Source: Bugula neritina (lineage: Eukaryota > Animalia > Bryozoa). Taken from it: a stretch of 64,000 nucleotides of DNA. How positions within the stretch are numbered: the first letter of the stretch is position 1; each line of letters begins with the position of its first letter. A program made the translations under genes and the position numbers. Below are positions 11,759 through 39,040 of this stretch, one piece after another. The DNA is taken from contig OZ037765.1 of the NCBI GenBank assembly GCA_964035545.1, positions 8,752,698 to 8,816,697 of the forward strand. The letters run 5' to 3'. A model generated the notes under the pieces. That model ran no database searches and was not told the origin of the DNA. It worked only from the letters and a program-made list of their open reading frames with translations.

Positions 11759-14700
11759 TGTGAAAGGTTTCTCATTTTAGTCATACTTTACACTCAACAA
11801 AAATTAATCGCAGCAAAATAGTTTTCCTGAAAAATACCCATCGTTCAAGTCTGTAAGTGCAACTATAGCTACATAATAAAAGACAGAAAAACTTCAAATG
11901 TGATGGCTAAACAATTTCACTAATTTGTTAATATTGTGAGAACGTACAAAGTTAGCGCTACTCTTTGATGTGCTATAGTGGCACGTATCTATACGCTTAT
12001 TAACTCTTTTACTATGGTATCCATTGATTCACTAATATAACTGTATTACTATGTTATTTGTGACTTACAGAAAATCTGCTTTTAAATTTTAATCAATTTA
12101 TTGCTAGAAAAAGGCTTCACCAATTTACCATTAGAAAAACTGATATAAAATGTCACACAATATATAGTAATTTTTCATCCCCAATAACCTTTAAATATAT
12201 CCAAAATGCACTTCAGTGCTAGTTGCTGAAACCTGCCAAATTTTATTTCTATTGTCACTGTTGAACTTATTAAAATTGAAGGTTTATTAGGTTATTATTT
12301 GCTAGCATCAAGCATACTGTATTTGATGTGTACGGTACCTAATAAAGTACCTTATGTTTCCATAAATGCTACTACTAACATGCATGGAAATATTTCGATG
12401 ACTTACAATGTTTATTTATATATATTAGAACTGCTGAATTAAAACATAAGCCATTGTTTTAAATTGTTGCAAGTTTTACTATAGTTTAAGAAAAGGTAAG
12501 GCGCATATTTGGATTTAGTGGTCTGTTGCTTGGAAGGAAAGAAATTTCTCATACTGTCTCCCTTATAAACAGTAACATGATACTTTATAAAGTATTAACT
12601 ATTAGTTTAATAGAGTTCAACATAATATCTTCTCACAGTTAGCTTTATTTCAAGTATAGGTTAGACCTTACTGTTAAGGTTAATCCTAAAATAATAATAA
12701 TAGATAATCCAAAATCAAAGCGTTGTTACACAATAGCAAGAGAACTAAATGATATATTATGCTAGTCTTCAAACACACCGCTTTTCAACTGCCTATACAA
12801 GTTATTGGTATCATATATTATTTTAAGTAAAGCTCAATGTGCCTGCTCAATGTGCTCGCCTGTGAAAAGATTATAAGTTGGGAACAAATCTGAACTAAAT
12901 TAGCGAAGCGGTGTTCATTTGTGACAAATTTGACAGCAAAAATGTAGTAATTTTCGGTTGTCTACACTGACTAGGCGATATGCAGCTTGAAGTTGCAAGA
13001 TATATTAAAATTAAATTCATAAACATGAATATTTTTTAAATCTTCTATAATAATAACATATTCATGAATATTCAATACTGCCAAATTTAAAACGTTTTTG
13101 CATAAAACTTATTGAATTGACAGTGATAGTCAAGGTGTTCAGAATATGAAGTGAGCAGGATATGCCATGTTCTGGTATGTTTATATGAAACCCAATATAT
13201 CTTCAAGAGCCATGCCTATATCACTATGTACAGTGTATAAGTAACTCATAGATTGTCACTTAATTACCAAATTTCTGGACAATAGACCAGACTATTGTTC
13301 AATTCAAAAATATTTAAACTATGAATGATTAATTTGATAAAAAACTGTCATATTTAAATTAATGGCCACCAATAAGTCAACTATTGAAATGAAAAGCATT
13401 TGTGGCTCAATAACAGCCCTACAGAAGAAGCTACAATATATAGCAGGTACATTTAGAAAAAGTGAAAAACAGTCCTGTTGCAGACTCCTAGTCAATTGCC
13501 TTTAGAACAACAGAGGCTGGCAGATGCATTCGAATATGCTGCATTACAATGTTTCTATTTGTATACCATAAGCTGAATTATTACTTTAACTTTGTTGAAT
13601 GATTGACCCTGCTATAAAATTTTGAATATAAAATGATTTTCTGAGGTGTCATTTTGTTGTTGTTGTGAAAAACCAATATTTCAAATGTCCAAAGCAACCC
13701 AGTTTGTAATAAATTTAGCTTAGAATTACACATTATTAATTTTGTTAGTTTATAGTTACATAATTATGTGAGCACTTTGCTGCACTAAGCTCTTAAAATC
13801 AAAACATTGTATATAATCTACAACCTACCACTTAGTACTTGATAGGCGGTAGAAATCAGTATAGAAAACTCATTGAAACGGTCTACTACAAGTGGGCACA
13901 ACAATTTGAGCACCTTCAAAAAACTCTAATAATTCTAAGAAACAAGGTTTTTGTATTGGAGACATTGTCATCATTTGCTTAAGGATCAGCTTTATATGAA
14001 AATAATAATAATTATGAAATCTTATAGAAACTAGCAGTTTCGAAAATTACACAAATGAACTTGTTTTATCAGAGTGTTTTCAAGATTTGTCGCATAATTT
14101 TAATTATTATTAATTTTCATCAAGTTATGCTCCACTTGCATGAGATGCTGCTATATGTTTAAAACTGTATCATCAAGCTATCAATATTACAATAAAATAT
14201 AACCAGAAAGATGAAGAATGATATATCTAGGCCGAGTTAAATTATTTTTGTTCTGCTGTTTTTGGGTACATATGCATATTAAACAAAGAGAATTCAAAGA
14301 GGTGGTATAGCTCACATGTTTGAATTAATAAATCAAATTAATTGGCCAAATAAATTCACATTAGAATAATTCTAGTGCAAACATTCTTTTTTCTAGTTGG
14401 CAGTAAAAATTAGTCCATTATAGACAGTTAGTGCTGGAAATGTTAATATCTTGCTATGAAGGGTAATATACTTGCACATATTAATATACCACTTCATTTT
14501 AGCATTGTACATATAAGCATTATAGAAAGACTTTTTTATAGACCAACTTCTAAATTATTGCACGAAGCTTTAAACTCTTCAGGGTAATGTTTTGTTAGTT
14601 GTGTTTCACTGAAGTATAGTGTTGAGCTTTGTGTTGAAGTAAGTTCTGTTAAGAAGATGCCATTTCTGAATGCAATTTATTGAGTAACGTAGGAATCCTG

Positions 14701-14990
14701 ACCAATATTACATATTGTATTCGTAAGATTATAATTTAGAAACATTTAGGCACTGGCCAATTTTAATTCAATCAAGGATAGATATTTTATTCAATTTTTT
14801 CATAATTATACAAAATATTTATATAGACCTGACCAATAACATGATTTCAATAATTTAAGACTATAGTTATCCACATATCGAATGTTTTCACAGAAAAATC
14901 ATAAAAAGGTACATGAATTTTTATTGATAGATTAGAAAACAATATTAAAAGCGATGAGCACCATTGGTGTTGAAGCTTCAGTATCTTGAG

Positions 14991-28414
<13,424 letters not shown>

Positions 28415-28844
28415 CCTAAACAGTACTTGGGGAAACCTTTATCTCAGCATTTTTCACGTCAAAAACTACAATAAGTATATAGTGTGTATGATATACTTAT
28501 AATAAGTTAACAAATAATAAGTATCCGAATGACAATTTCATTAAAAGAGGCACAGATTAGTAATATTTTAGTACTTGTTATAATTTTGAACTTATCTTTA
28601 TAGTTTACCTATTCCATCATATAATTATATAATAGTTGATTAGCTCATCATGTTATATGATAACGTTACATTTTATCAGGTTTTCTCGGTGATACATTGA
28701 ATTGAACAAATAGTAAGCAAATTAAAACTGACTCATCTTTTGTAGCATCAGTGCAACTCAACTCTACTACATTATTAGAAATTCATATAAAACTATTTCG
28801 AGGGTCTATAAAAACGCTACAGTTCTGGACTATGTTCCGTTTAT

Positions 28845-29880
28845 CTTCAAGACTAAGACTAAGAGTGAGAGCTACAGTACAACTATATGCTAATATTAAT
28901 ACTTAATAACCACAGTAACTAAATTATAAGTAATTACATAAGCCCTAAAATTTATGGCCAATGCCAATAGGCAATCACTGATACAGATAGTGACACTGAT
29001 AGTGATAGTAATTGCCAAATAGGCAATAGTAATAATAATAGTAATAGCAACATTTAATGAATAAAGATAATACACTTTGAATAATTATTGCGTCATAAAC
29101 TTTGACTTATGGTTTCAGTTTAAGTTAGTGACTTACACTTACAGTATGAATACCAGTAACCTATGAACATCACTAATGCACACATCACTATGACAATGAG
29201 TATGGCTATCAGTAAGTGTAACACTAGTGACTATTACTAATACTAATAGCGTTAGCATTAGTATTTCATTATTATGAGTATTACTATTAGTATTAGAGCA
29301 CAAGTACACTGTGCAGTACAATACTGACTACTGAGTATCACTATCAGTATGACTATGAGTATGGGTATCAGTATGAGTACTGATGATGTATATCAAATTG
29401 CTATACAAAGTATAGTTAATAAATCATAAATGTAACATTAACTTTACCTTAAAGTTAAACTACGAACTAAAACTACTACTATTAGTATTACTATTATTAC
29501 TACTAGTACTATTACTACTACTGTGACTGTTAGTCACAGTGTCTATTACTATTAGTATTACTATTAGTCTATTAGTATTACTATTGCTATTAGTCTATTA
29601 GTATAAGTATTTGTATTAGCATTGCTGTATTACTATTAGAGTATTAGGCCTACTATTACTGGTATTAGTATTAGTATTAGTAATTTTATTAGTATTACTA
29701 TAAGTATTATAAGTATAACTATTAGCATTAGACTTAGTATAAGTTAAAGTAATAGTTATACTTATACTTATAGTAAGAGTATTAGTATTACTGTCACATT
29801 TACTATTAGTATTAGTATTACTAGTAGTGTGAGTAGTACTAGTAGTACTAGTGGTATTAACCAGTGTGAGTGTGAGTGTT
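28845..29880. repeat. Degenerate 3/6-bp-periodic TA-rich tract (AGTATT/ACTATT/AGTAGT-like) upstream of the EXOC4 start codon
   Basis: For example actactactattagtattactattattactactagtactattactact. Continuous low-complexity sequence with TA steps every 3 bp. Confidence 0.8.
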
Positions 29881-30420
29881 AAACTTGGAGCACTATTCTA
29901 TACATGGCAAAATCTGCATAACCTAAATATGAGTAAAAATAACTCTATAATCTAAATTAGCAGCAATAAAAACTTTTAAACCACAACTATGCAGCTATAA
30001 CTGCCATTAATTTTGTAAATTTTGCACACATATTCATGTATTGCATAATTATAATTACTTTTAAAAAACCTAAAACTTATTCATTTCCGTAAATTGACTA
30101 CTGAGCTGATAGACTTTGTTCCATATACAAATCTAGCGCTGCTCGTAAACTACTGCTAAAACATTACTAAAATAGGGATATTTAGTCATAGAAAATTGCA
30201 AAGGTCAAGAATAAATTATAATGTTGAATAAAAAGTCGCTAGTTGGTTACTAAAATTAGCGATTGACTGGGTTTTTATGTTGCGAGGTTGAGGGTTATAT
30301 TAATATATCATTATCATACGATACGCCTACACCCAACTCTAGGCTTCAACTATGATTTTCAACCACTAAACTAAAAATATTAACTTTTCCAGTCTTCAGC
30401 TTAAAGACAAAATTTTTAAG
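29880..30420. promoter_or_regulatory. Candidate bidirectional promoter / first-exon island for EXOC4 and KDSR
   Basis: Non-repetitive, CpG-containing island between two periodic tracts and between divergent genes. Possible plus-strand donor GAG|GTTGAG near 30287. The position is inferred, not shown. Confidence 0.35.
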
Positions 30421-30965
30421 CATTGCTAATAATAAATACTACTACTTGCGCTAGAAGTAGTTCAACTTCAAGATGTCAAAAGCCAAAAGGGTTTATTATT
30501 TTATAATCATGATGATAAAACTACACATCAAATTCAATGGCGAATAGGAACTGGAATATGTTCATTCATCATTGATAATGATTGAGTGATCTTCATCGTT
30601 GTCATCATGATTTAATTGATATAATTTTAATTGGCCTAGTAGTATTTCCATATGGATATAAATATTAAAATACTGACAGCAGGTGCAGCAGTCTAACAGT
30701 AACACTAAGTGACTAACGGTTGTTCACTTTTAGTATGAGTAGTACTAGTAGTACTAGTAGTAGTACTACTAGTACTACTACTAGTACTAGTAGTAGTAAT
30801 ACTTGTACTAATTAAAATTGTAAAGCTAAATTACATCAACATCTTTAAATTTTAATGAATCATAATATTTAGTAGGCCCTAATCATTACAATAAATAATC
30901 ATAATGATGATAATCTGTAAGTGTATGGGCATCAGTAGGAGTATCAGTATGACTATTATTATGAG
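30420..30965. repeat. Degenerate periodic TA-rich tract on the KDSR side
   Basis: For example agtagtactagtagtactagtagtagtactactagtactactactagtactag at ~30738-30800. Confidence 0.7.
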
Positions 30966-30974
30966 ACTAAGTTC

Positions 30975-31815
30975 ATTCAAGACCGGTGTATTAGTGTATT
31001 TTTTTACCTCAGTTGAGGTAGAAATTCTGCAGCAACTGGAATGTCTATACTATAGTCAACTTCTTTTGGGCCAAGGTTAGCATTTGCTACAGAATTTTGC
31101 TGTTGTGTAATTACTTATTGTATTCTCCGCGCATATCACGAATTGTTCGTGGCAGAAAACTAGTGTAAAACATGCTTTTCTTAGCTGATATTGAGGTGAG
31201 CTCTTCTGGCAGCTGCCCAAGTGGCTGCAATTGCAAGCTCCTTATCTTCAATAATCTCACCGTAGGCTCTGGATAGAGTTTGGTGCAGATGCTCATTCTG
31301 TAGAATCCGGGTCAGTAAACACAGCCTGTGGCTTTTTTCTTCTGTCTTTCATCGACCGGAGTCCTAACTCATTCCTCGCCTCAGGTTAACTGTCAGTGCG
31401 TCCTTTCAGATTGCTTATGAACTGTATGACACTGTTCTGGACCAGCTCTATATCATGCTCCTTGCTTCTAGTTTCAGGATCTCAAACTACATCTGCATAT
31501 TCGAGCTTAGCTTCTTTGGGGCATCATACATCAAGTGCTTGATTTCTCCAAGGACTTTCCAGGACTTGGTACACTTCTCATTTATGTGCTGGTAAAATCT
31601 TAGGTCTGACTGGATTGTTACCCTATGCCCTATGGTATTGGGTGTTTTCTACCCACGCAAGGCATGTGGTATTGAGTTTATGATGGGATGGGGGGGGGGG
31701 GTTCACTCTACCAAAGGTAACTAACTGCCTGACATTTCTTTTCGTTGAACAGCATTTCCCATTTTTAGACTACTCATATACAGTGTTGATATCGTTTTGG
31801 AACACTTGCGCATAT
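30975..31815 (-). mobile_element. 5'-truncated, degraded CR1-group (CR1/L2/Crack-like) LINE: end of ORF2 and 3' UTR
   Basis: Frameshifted minus-strand peptides in the canonical order of the RT C-terminal region: FQNDINTVYE*S, WEMLFNEKKC, GVTIQSDLRF..HINEKC, LEYADVV, DIELVQNS, LGLRSMKDRRKK, SFLPRTIRD. Confidence 0.8.
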
Positions 31816-32283
31816 ATTAATATTTGGCTATTATATTGTAGAAAAAAACCAAGTGTTTAATTTTTGAGACAGTTCCAATAATATAAAGTTAAAAAATTGT
31901 TGTACTTGTACATTCAACATCAACTGCAAGAAACTGCTATTGGGTCTTAAAAACAATTAAAATGCGACTCACCTGAAACTGAAACACTGTTATTGCCATA
32001 GGAATAGTACGAGTATATATGAGATAGAGAACTTAAACTTATTATTTATTTGCATTCAGTTTTACAAGATGCAACTTAACTTACTTGCTGATGCGAAATT
32101 GAGCCATTGTTAAGCTAGTAGCTATTTACTTGAAAAAATGGCAACTCTTTTTTTTTTAAATTAAACTTTTTACTTACAGTTTGAAAAATTGAGATAAAAG
32201 TCAAGACTGAAGCATAAGCAAGCAAGGGCCAGAAAATTTGGAAAGTGGAATCAAATTTGAAGTTAGAGAATCAAACAGGAAAA

Positions 32284-35200
32284 ATGCATATTGTTGCAAC
32301 AGTGTTACTTTGGATCATAGGAATTTTCTCAGCTCTCTTCCTACCCATTATAATTATTTACCTGTTTACTAAAAGACCTAATGGAACTAAATTTCAAGGG
32401 AATCATGTACTGGTAAGTTGTTGAGCCTGTAATAGTGTATGGGTACAAATTCTATGTTGTGTTCTCATTGACAAACTTTATTAATTAGGCCTTTTAAATT
32501 TTAGCTTCATTTCTGGAAAAATGGAAGTTATTGTTCATAAAATTTTCACCTATCAATGGGTTGCTGAACTTGACATTCAATTCAAGAATTTTGCATTATA
32601 TAGTAATTACTTTTATAATCAAGCTTGCTACAATTTTTCAGGTTTCCCGGAACTGTCTAAATACTGTCTACAATTATTTTGTCTATTAGGCTTATTGCAA
32701 TGAAATATTTTGAGATCACTTCTAACATTTTTACTTCTTGTTTCAATATAAGGGCTTTTGGTTGGTTTGACCATTTTAGGATGCATGTATAATTTTGAAT
32801 AAAAATGTAAATTATGTTACATTTCAGTTATGTACATGCAAAATTTTACATTATTTTTAGCTTAGTCATTATTTCTTAAATAAGAAACATGAAGTGATAA
32901 AATTACCAGATATAGTTAATTCAGTTTATAATGTAGGTTATCTAGTAACTCAAATAAATTAGTCAATGTGGTCATACATTATAGATAACAGGAGGATCTC
33001 AAGGCATTGGGCTGGAGTTAGCAAAGCAATGTGCTGCTAAAGGCGCCAATATCACAATTGTAGCTAGGAATATGGTAAGGTGTTTTGCTCAGAGCTTTAT
33101 ACTGCAAAAAGTTATTTTAAACACTTAATAAAAGCATCTGGAATTATCTAATTGACAGAACAAATATTTTTAGCTTACTTTTGGCTGCTACTTTACAAAT
33201 TTTAAGTAATCTATGTGGTGGTGACAATAATCTTAAATGCTACGTTATTGTTGGTGAAAATTGAAAATTCACAATTTATTGAATGTGAGAGCTAATAAAC
33301 TATTAATTGTAATTGCAAAAGCAAAACTTTTAGCATCTAAATAAGTAGTTAATTGTGTAAATTTATGGTGTGGTCATGAAACATTTTAGAACTCCTAATT
33401 TTAAAAGACTGTTTTTTAGAAACATTAAATTATTTAAGCTTGTGTATCTTTAAGCTTATACAGTGTTTATAAGCATTAGTGATTTGAAACTGAGCCTTGT
33501 TTCTTCCAGAAATTGCTTGATGAAGCTAAAACTTTGATCGAGCATTGCAGAAAATATCCAGATAGTCAGGTAGTGTGTTAAATTATGTTTGAGTATCTCT
33601 GGTACAATTTCTTGCATTAGACGATATGAAACCAACTAGTACTGTTTGTCAATTTTAATTTTAGATTAAGTATATGTGATTCTAAATATGGAAATTTATG
33701 GCATTAATCATATAGCTTGTATGATGAAAAGTTCATTTACTAATTCAACTACTGTTTTATATTTGTAGTTTGGTTTACTATTTAACCTGAATTGTGTTTT
33801 GTTCTATTTCATTTGCTGGTTCAGTTGATAGTCATTTGGCTTTGTATATTTCTCTGTCATTCTCAATATTTGTTATATTAAATATCTGTTATGTTTGTTA
33901 TGTCTTTATTTATATTTTTAACCGTATAAAGAGAGTTCAAGCTTTATCTTGCGACGTTGCTTCAGGATATGATGCAGTTGAGGAAACCATACGAAAAGTT
34001 AGTATGTTTTCTGTGTAGCAAATTTATACACAAAGACCAGTTTATTTTAAAATATTACAACATTTTCTGTAAAATTGAAATTTGTCGATTAAGTTTTTAT
34101 AATTGTTAATATTTTATTGCGTAATTGAAATATAAATAGGATAGTATATTTAATAAAAAGAATTAAAACAAAGTTTCATGATCTTGAACATGCCTAACTA
34201 GCAGTTACTGTAGAAGGATAATATGAACACCTGAGATCTACCTGCAGATAAACGATTTTTATCTATTGTTGCTTGTAGACTGCAGTAGAAATTGTTGCTA
34301 TATATTAGATTTGGTGATGAAAGTCACTGTTATGAAAAAAATACATCTAAGATTGCCAACTTCTACTAACATATTTGCTGTAGGCTGAAAAGACTATTGA
34401 CCAACATGTAGGAATTCTCATAAACTGTGCGGGATTTTCATCCAATAAGTATTTTGAAGACTTTTCTGTGGAAGATTTCAGGGTAAGCTCGTTGAAACCT
34501 TCAAAAGTATTTTGCTGTTTTATTTGACAACTTTAAAACTAGTTATTGAAATTTCACATTTTGAACTTTGAATTGCATCAATACGTTTTAGATGTTGATG
34601 GATGTAAATTATTTTGGAGCTCTTTATGCTACAAAAGCTGTGCTGGAACAAATGAAATTCTTTAAATCTGGAACCATAACTTTCATCTCTTCACAAGGAG
34701 GTCAGACTGGGTTCATTGGAATGTCAGCTTATAGTCCCACTAAGTTTGCGCTAAAAGGTCTTGCTGAGTGTCTACGTAGTGAGGTAGATATATCACACAT
34801 TTCAGCATACCAGCATTAACCAACGTATCTTTTACATGTTACACTACAATCTACATCAAGTACAGCCAGCAATTCCCAATAGTGAATCATTTTTATTGTA
34901 GTTATTGCCGTTTAACATAAATGTGGGAGTCGTTTACCCACCAGATACAGACACTCCGGGTCTTGCTAAGGAAAATGCTCAGAAGGTATGTAAAATAAAG
35001 GCTGTTTGCACGAACTTGACTAGATAAAACTGTTCCATTTTTTTAAAACAAGGCTGTCTAGTTATATTTATGCAATATTAAAATATATCTATCAGTTGAT
35101 ACAATTTTGAAATTGTGTGCCCAAGAAATATAGTTTTAGAACAAATTTTGTGAACGCATTACATGTCTTCAGTTAATTGGATTTTAGCTCCCTTCAATCA

Positions 35201-36420
35201 GACTTGGTGTTGCAGCATTAAGTAACTAATACAGATTATTACTCAGTGTACATGTGTCTTGCTTAGCTGCTGCTGCACTATACATATTTCTCATTAGGAG
35301 AAAAAACTGCTTTGTCACAGATGTCAAGAGTGGAAGTTAGTGCCTATTAACATATCAAAACATCAAAAAGTTAAAATGAATTATTTTCATCACACTGTGA
35401 ATGCACGTTCACATTTACTGCAATAATATAATTTTAAAAAAAACTGAGGTTGACAAGTTGTGGAATATTAATTACCCTACATGGTATTCAGGATTCATCT
35501 ATTTATTGAAGATCAGACTTTTACTGTCCATGGGCTGTTGTAGTTATGGTTTTACCGCTTGCATTTTGAACAGTGAAAGTGATATGGCATAGCAGGGATG
35601 AGCACTAAGTTGTAGTTTGAATCAGGCAGTAGTATGCTATTGTATATAATATACAGCATAAGATCCAAAACATTAAATAGTTGTTTGTTATTAGCCTGAA
35701 CAACAAGATGAAGAAAAAAAGCTAGTTTTAGCTGACTGGCTTTATAGGCTGGAATACTTCATCCAGAATAGTTTTTACCAATTGTCTTCTCCACTAAACT
35801 TGTTGATATTCATTATATGGCAATATAGCTGATGAACTATCACTGCTTTAAAATGCATGAATTTATATATTGAATGTTCTCTATAGGCTATCGAATGTCA
35901 TGAAATTAGTGAAACAGCTGGACTGTTTAAAGCAGAGCATGTCGCACGTTGCATTATCAAAGAAATGGAGGTAAGCAATTGTTTCTGGTGTATGCAAGTT
36001 TTTGTTAAAGCATAATTATTCTATTAATTTGCTGCTGATTACATGATATTTTGTAGGCCGGAACATTTTCAATTGTTATAGGAATAGATGGTTTCATGCT
36101 AGACACTGTGAGTGGTGGACTATCACCAATAGACAGTATCATCAAGTCATTTGCCCAGGTATGCAACACTCTTTCTAGAAAAGTTATCTACTTTAATGAA
36201 TTTGTGAATGCTACAAGGTTTAAACAGTTATCTTGAGAAAACAAGTTTGAAGTAGACTAGTTTTATAAAATAATATACAATAAAATTATTATCATAAACT
36301 AAATGCTGTCATTTGTTTTAGGTGTATTTAATTGGGATATTCAAGCTGGTAGCTCTGTTTTATGCGACAATATTTCAAAGAATAGTTATGAAACACAAAG
36401 AGAAGCGACATATGTATTGA
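32284..36420 (+). CDS. KDSR: 3-ketodihydrosphingosine reductase (SDR family), 10 exons, 334 aa
   Basis: Exons 32284-32412, 32985-33074, 33510-33569, 33932-33997, 34384-34482, 34592-34783, 34902-34985, 35887-35970, 36057-36158, 36322-36420, all phase 0. N-terminal TM segment, HVLITGGSQGIG Rossmann motif, LINCAG, catalytic S...YSPTK, KDSR-specific YPPDTDTPG. Confidence 0.96.
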
Positions 36421-36556
36421 TTCAGAGATGTCCATACAGTAAAACTGCAATAATGTTCCCATATAAGCCTTGAGATTTTATAAATTTATATATCATCATT
36501 TTTTAATACAATAATGTACAATTAATTAGTTTAGTAAGTGGACAAGCAAATTTTGT

Positions 36557-39040
36557 TTATATAGTGTCAATAATTCTTCTTCTTGTATCTTTGAACTTTC
36601 TGGTTATTCTATCCATTGATCTATAGTTAAAACTTTTGCCAAATATCTTGGCTTCGTAGGCTCCCAAATTGAAGGTGAAGATACTGCTCACTTTAGGAAT
36701 CGCTAAAATCAAACAAACAATGTTTTATATCCAACAAAGCTTACAAATCTCTTTATATTAATTAATTTTATTTGCCTAATATTTGCCTAAATATATAGTT
36801 ATTTGCATACATCTAATGAGTGGTGTATTTATGGTACAACATTTAGGTAATCTATATTTGTATAATCATGTACAAATACTCTCAACTTTAAAAACCATTT
36901 ATTTGAAATTTTCTTTCTTTACAAAATCATATCTAAATATAAAATTGTTACAAAACACTAATGACCTAGGTTATTGCCATCTTTCCAAATTTTACAATTC
37001 GTTTTGCAACGCTCAGTGAATGAGCTTTTTCACTGAGCCACTTCTTCTAAAGTATGATGTATCAATACATGCAGACTTAATTTAATTTTTTATTTCCTGA
37101 ACAGTTTAGTGAAAGACCATTAAAATTAAATTGGCTCTAGCTTTGGATAATTAAATTGACTGGACCACATCATTATTTAATTTGGTTAGCCATTGACTAG
37201 ACATAACTTTAATCCATATCTACTAAAAATCTAATTTTTAACAATTAAGTATCCAAAGTATTCTTACTTTTCACAATATCTTTAGAATTTATAATTTTGA
37301 AAGTTTCCTTTGTGTCCTGTATTATGATCCCACTAACTCCAACATATGAGGGGCATTTAGATTGCGTTACCTTCACCATACAACCATGAAAATCGGCCCT
37401 CAAAAGTATTTCTTTTGTATCACGGTGATTTACATCAAATGTTGGTCTAGAAAAGCAACAGGCTTATTTTAATAAAAACAGATAAAAAGCATTGCGTTTT
37501 ACAAGATATATTCCATAAACATTTTTGGTTTAACTAAATATGTTGTGGAAGAGTGGTTTAAATATGAATACATGATGATATAGTATATTAATTGGTGCCA
37601 CTTTTTAAAACAACTTGCAGCAACTAAGCTTTCATCAATAATAATGAAACAAATTATATAGCCCTATACGTAGATTCAAACTGAAGGGTTAATCCATTTT
37701 TTAACTTCACCTGCATACATACCTATCAAACTTTAACATTTCCTTCATATAGTCCAACCATAGGTGATGCAGATTTAAAAAATTTGAATACCTAAAATAT
37801 AGATATTTCAAATTAAAAATGTTTACATGAGCGCCTAGTGATAGTATAATTTGCAAATCAAACTTATTTTTGTCAAGTGTGGTGCTGAAAATGCATAAAC
37901 TCACCTGAAACTAGTTTTTGGTACACTGTGAATCATAAGTTTCCGCCGTTGTTTGCAGCTTAGTTTGTTTTGTTTGGTGTGAATCTTGGGTAGGTTCTTT
38001 GGAGGCCGTGATGGATCCAATCGGAAAGTACTGTACCCAAGGTCGTGTTCATTTTTTTGCTAAAATGAAACTAGTTAGATTTGCAAAATATTCATCTTTA
38101 TTGAAACTTAAGTTCCTTGGTTAAAAACAGACATAAAAAGTAAAATCATCACATAGCTACATATAGCATACATTTAAACATTAGTGCTTGACATATTTCA
38201 ATCAAGTTAAATCCATCGAAGCCATAAATTTTATTATTTTATTATAAAATGAGTTTATAAATTTTTACCAAAACATTTTTACTTCTCACATACTCTCCCA
38301 GAAATTGAGTGCAGAAGTTCTTAGGCACTGTCTACAAAACACACAAATATATAAATATGTACATATTTAAGAAATATATGAAGTGCAGACAAAGTTAATT
38401 TTGTATCACTTGTAATTTGATAAGGTCTTGCTTTCTTTTATTACCTTTTCAAGGTCAAAAGCATCAACAATAGTAGCTGGTTGTTCTGGTAATTCACTGT
38501 AAACCCTTTCTGCAAAATACATAAATTCACATAATACTTTTTTTATTATCATATACTGTTTAGAAAAACCCTGTAAACCAGTGTTTTAAATATTCATATG
38601 GCTTATATGTATAGTTTTGAAGAAAATATTTAGCAACACATGAATTGTAATATATTTGCATTAACTCAGCTTAGCTTTAGCATTATGCCATTACCAAGTA
38701 CCTATTTCATTAAATAACAAAAATCTGCTTCAAAAAAATTATTTATTATATGATAACCATTTATAAATTTATATAATATTGTTCATCAGCCAATAAAAGC
38801 ATACTAGAACGTTGACAACATAACATTAAATTTTTAGCATAAATTGCTAACAATTTTCAATGAACGAGATTCCAAACTTGCAACCTTTTACATTGGTACA
38901 AAATGTAGTAATTGACTCTGTAGTTTATCCAACTATTAAACTGAAAGGCTACCCTATGACATTGATGCTAAGTTGAAGCATAAACTGAATTATTCAATGA
39001 TAAGATAATAAATTATGAACTTACCAGATACAGTAGCCAT
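36557..39040 (-). CDS. POP4: Ribonuclease P/MRP protein subunit p29, 7 exons, ~223 aa
   Basis: Exons 39040-39025, 38509-38445, 38331-38290, 38059-37905, 37791-37723, 37446-37268, 36702-36557. Motifs LSCKQRRKL, YSNFLNLHHLWLDYM, LLRADFHGCMVKVTQSKCPSYVGVSGIIIQDT and IPK...F.F...IFG..F.YRS.DR..RKFK. Confidence 0.93.

Noticed and set aside
35560-35745. Intronic C/D snoRNA candidates in KDSR
   Set aside because: No convincing RUGAUGA...CUGA pair at proper spacing with a recognisable antisense element.
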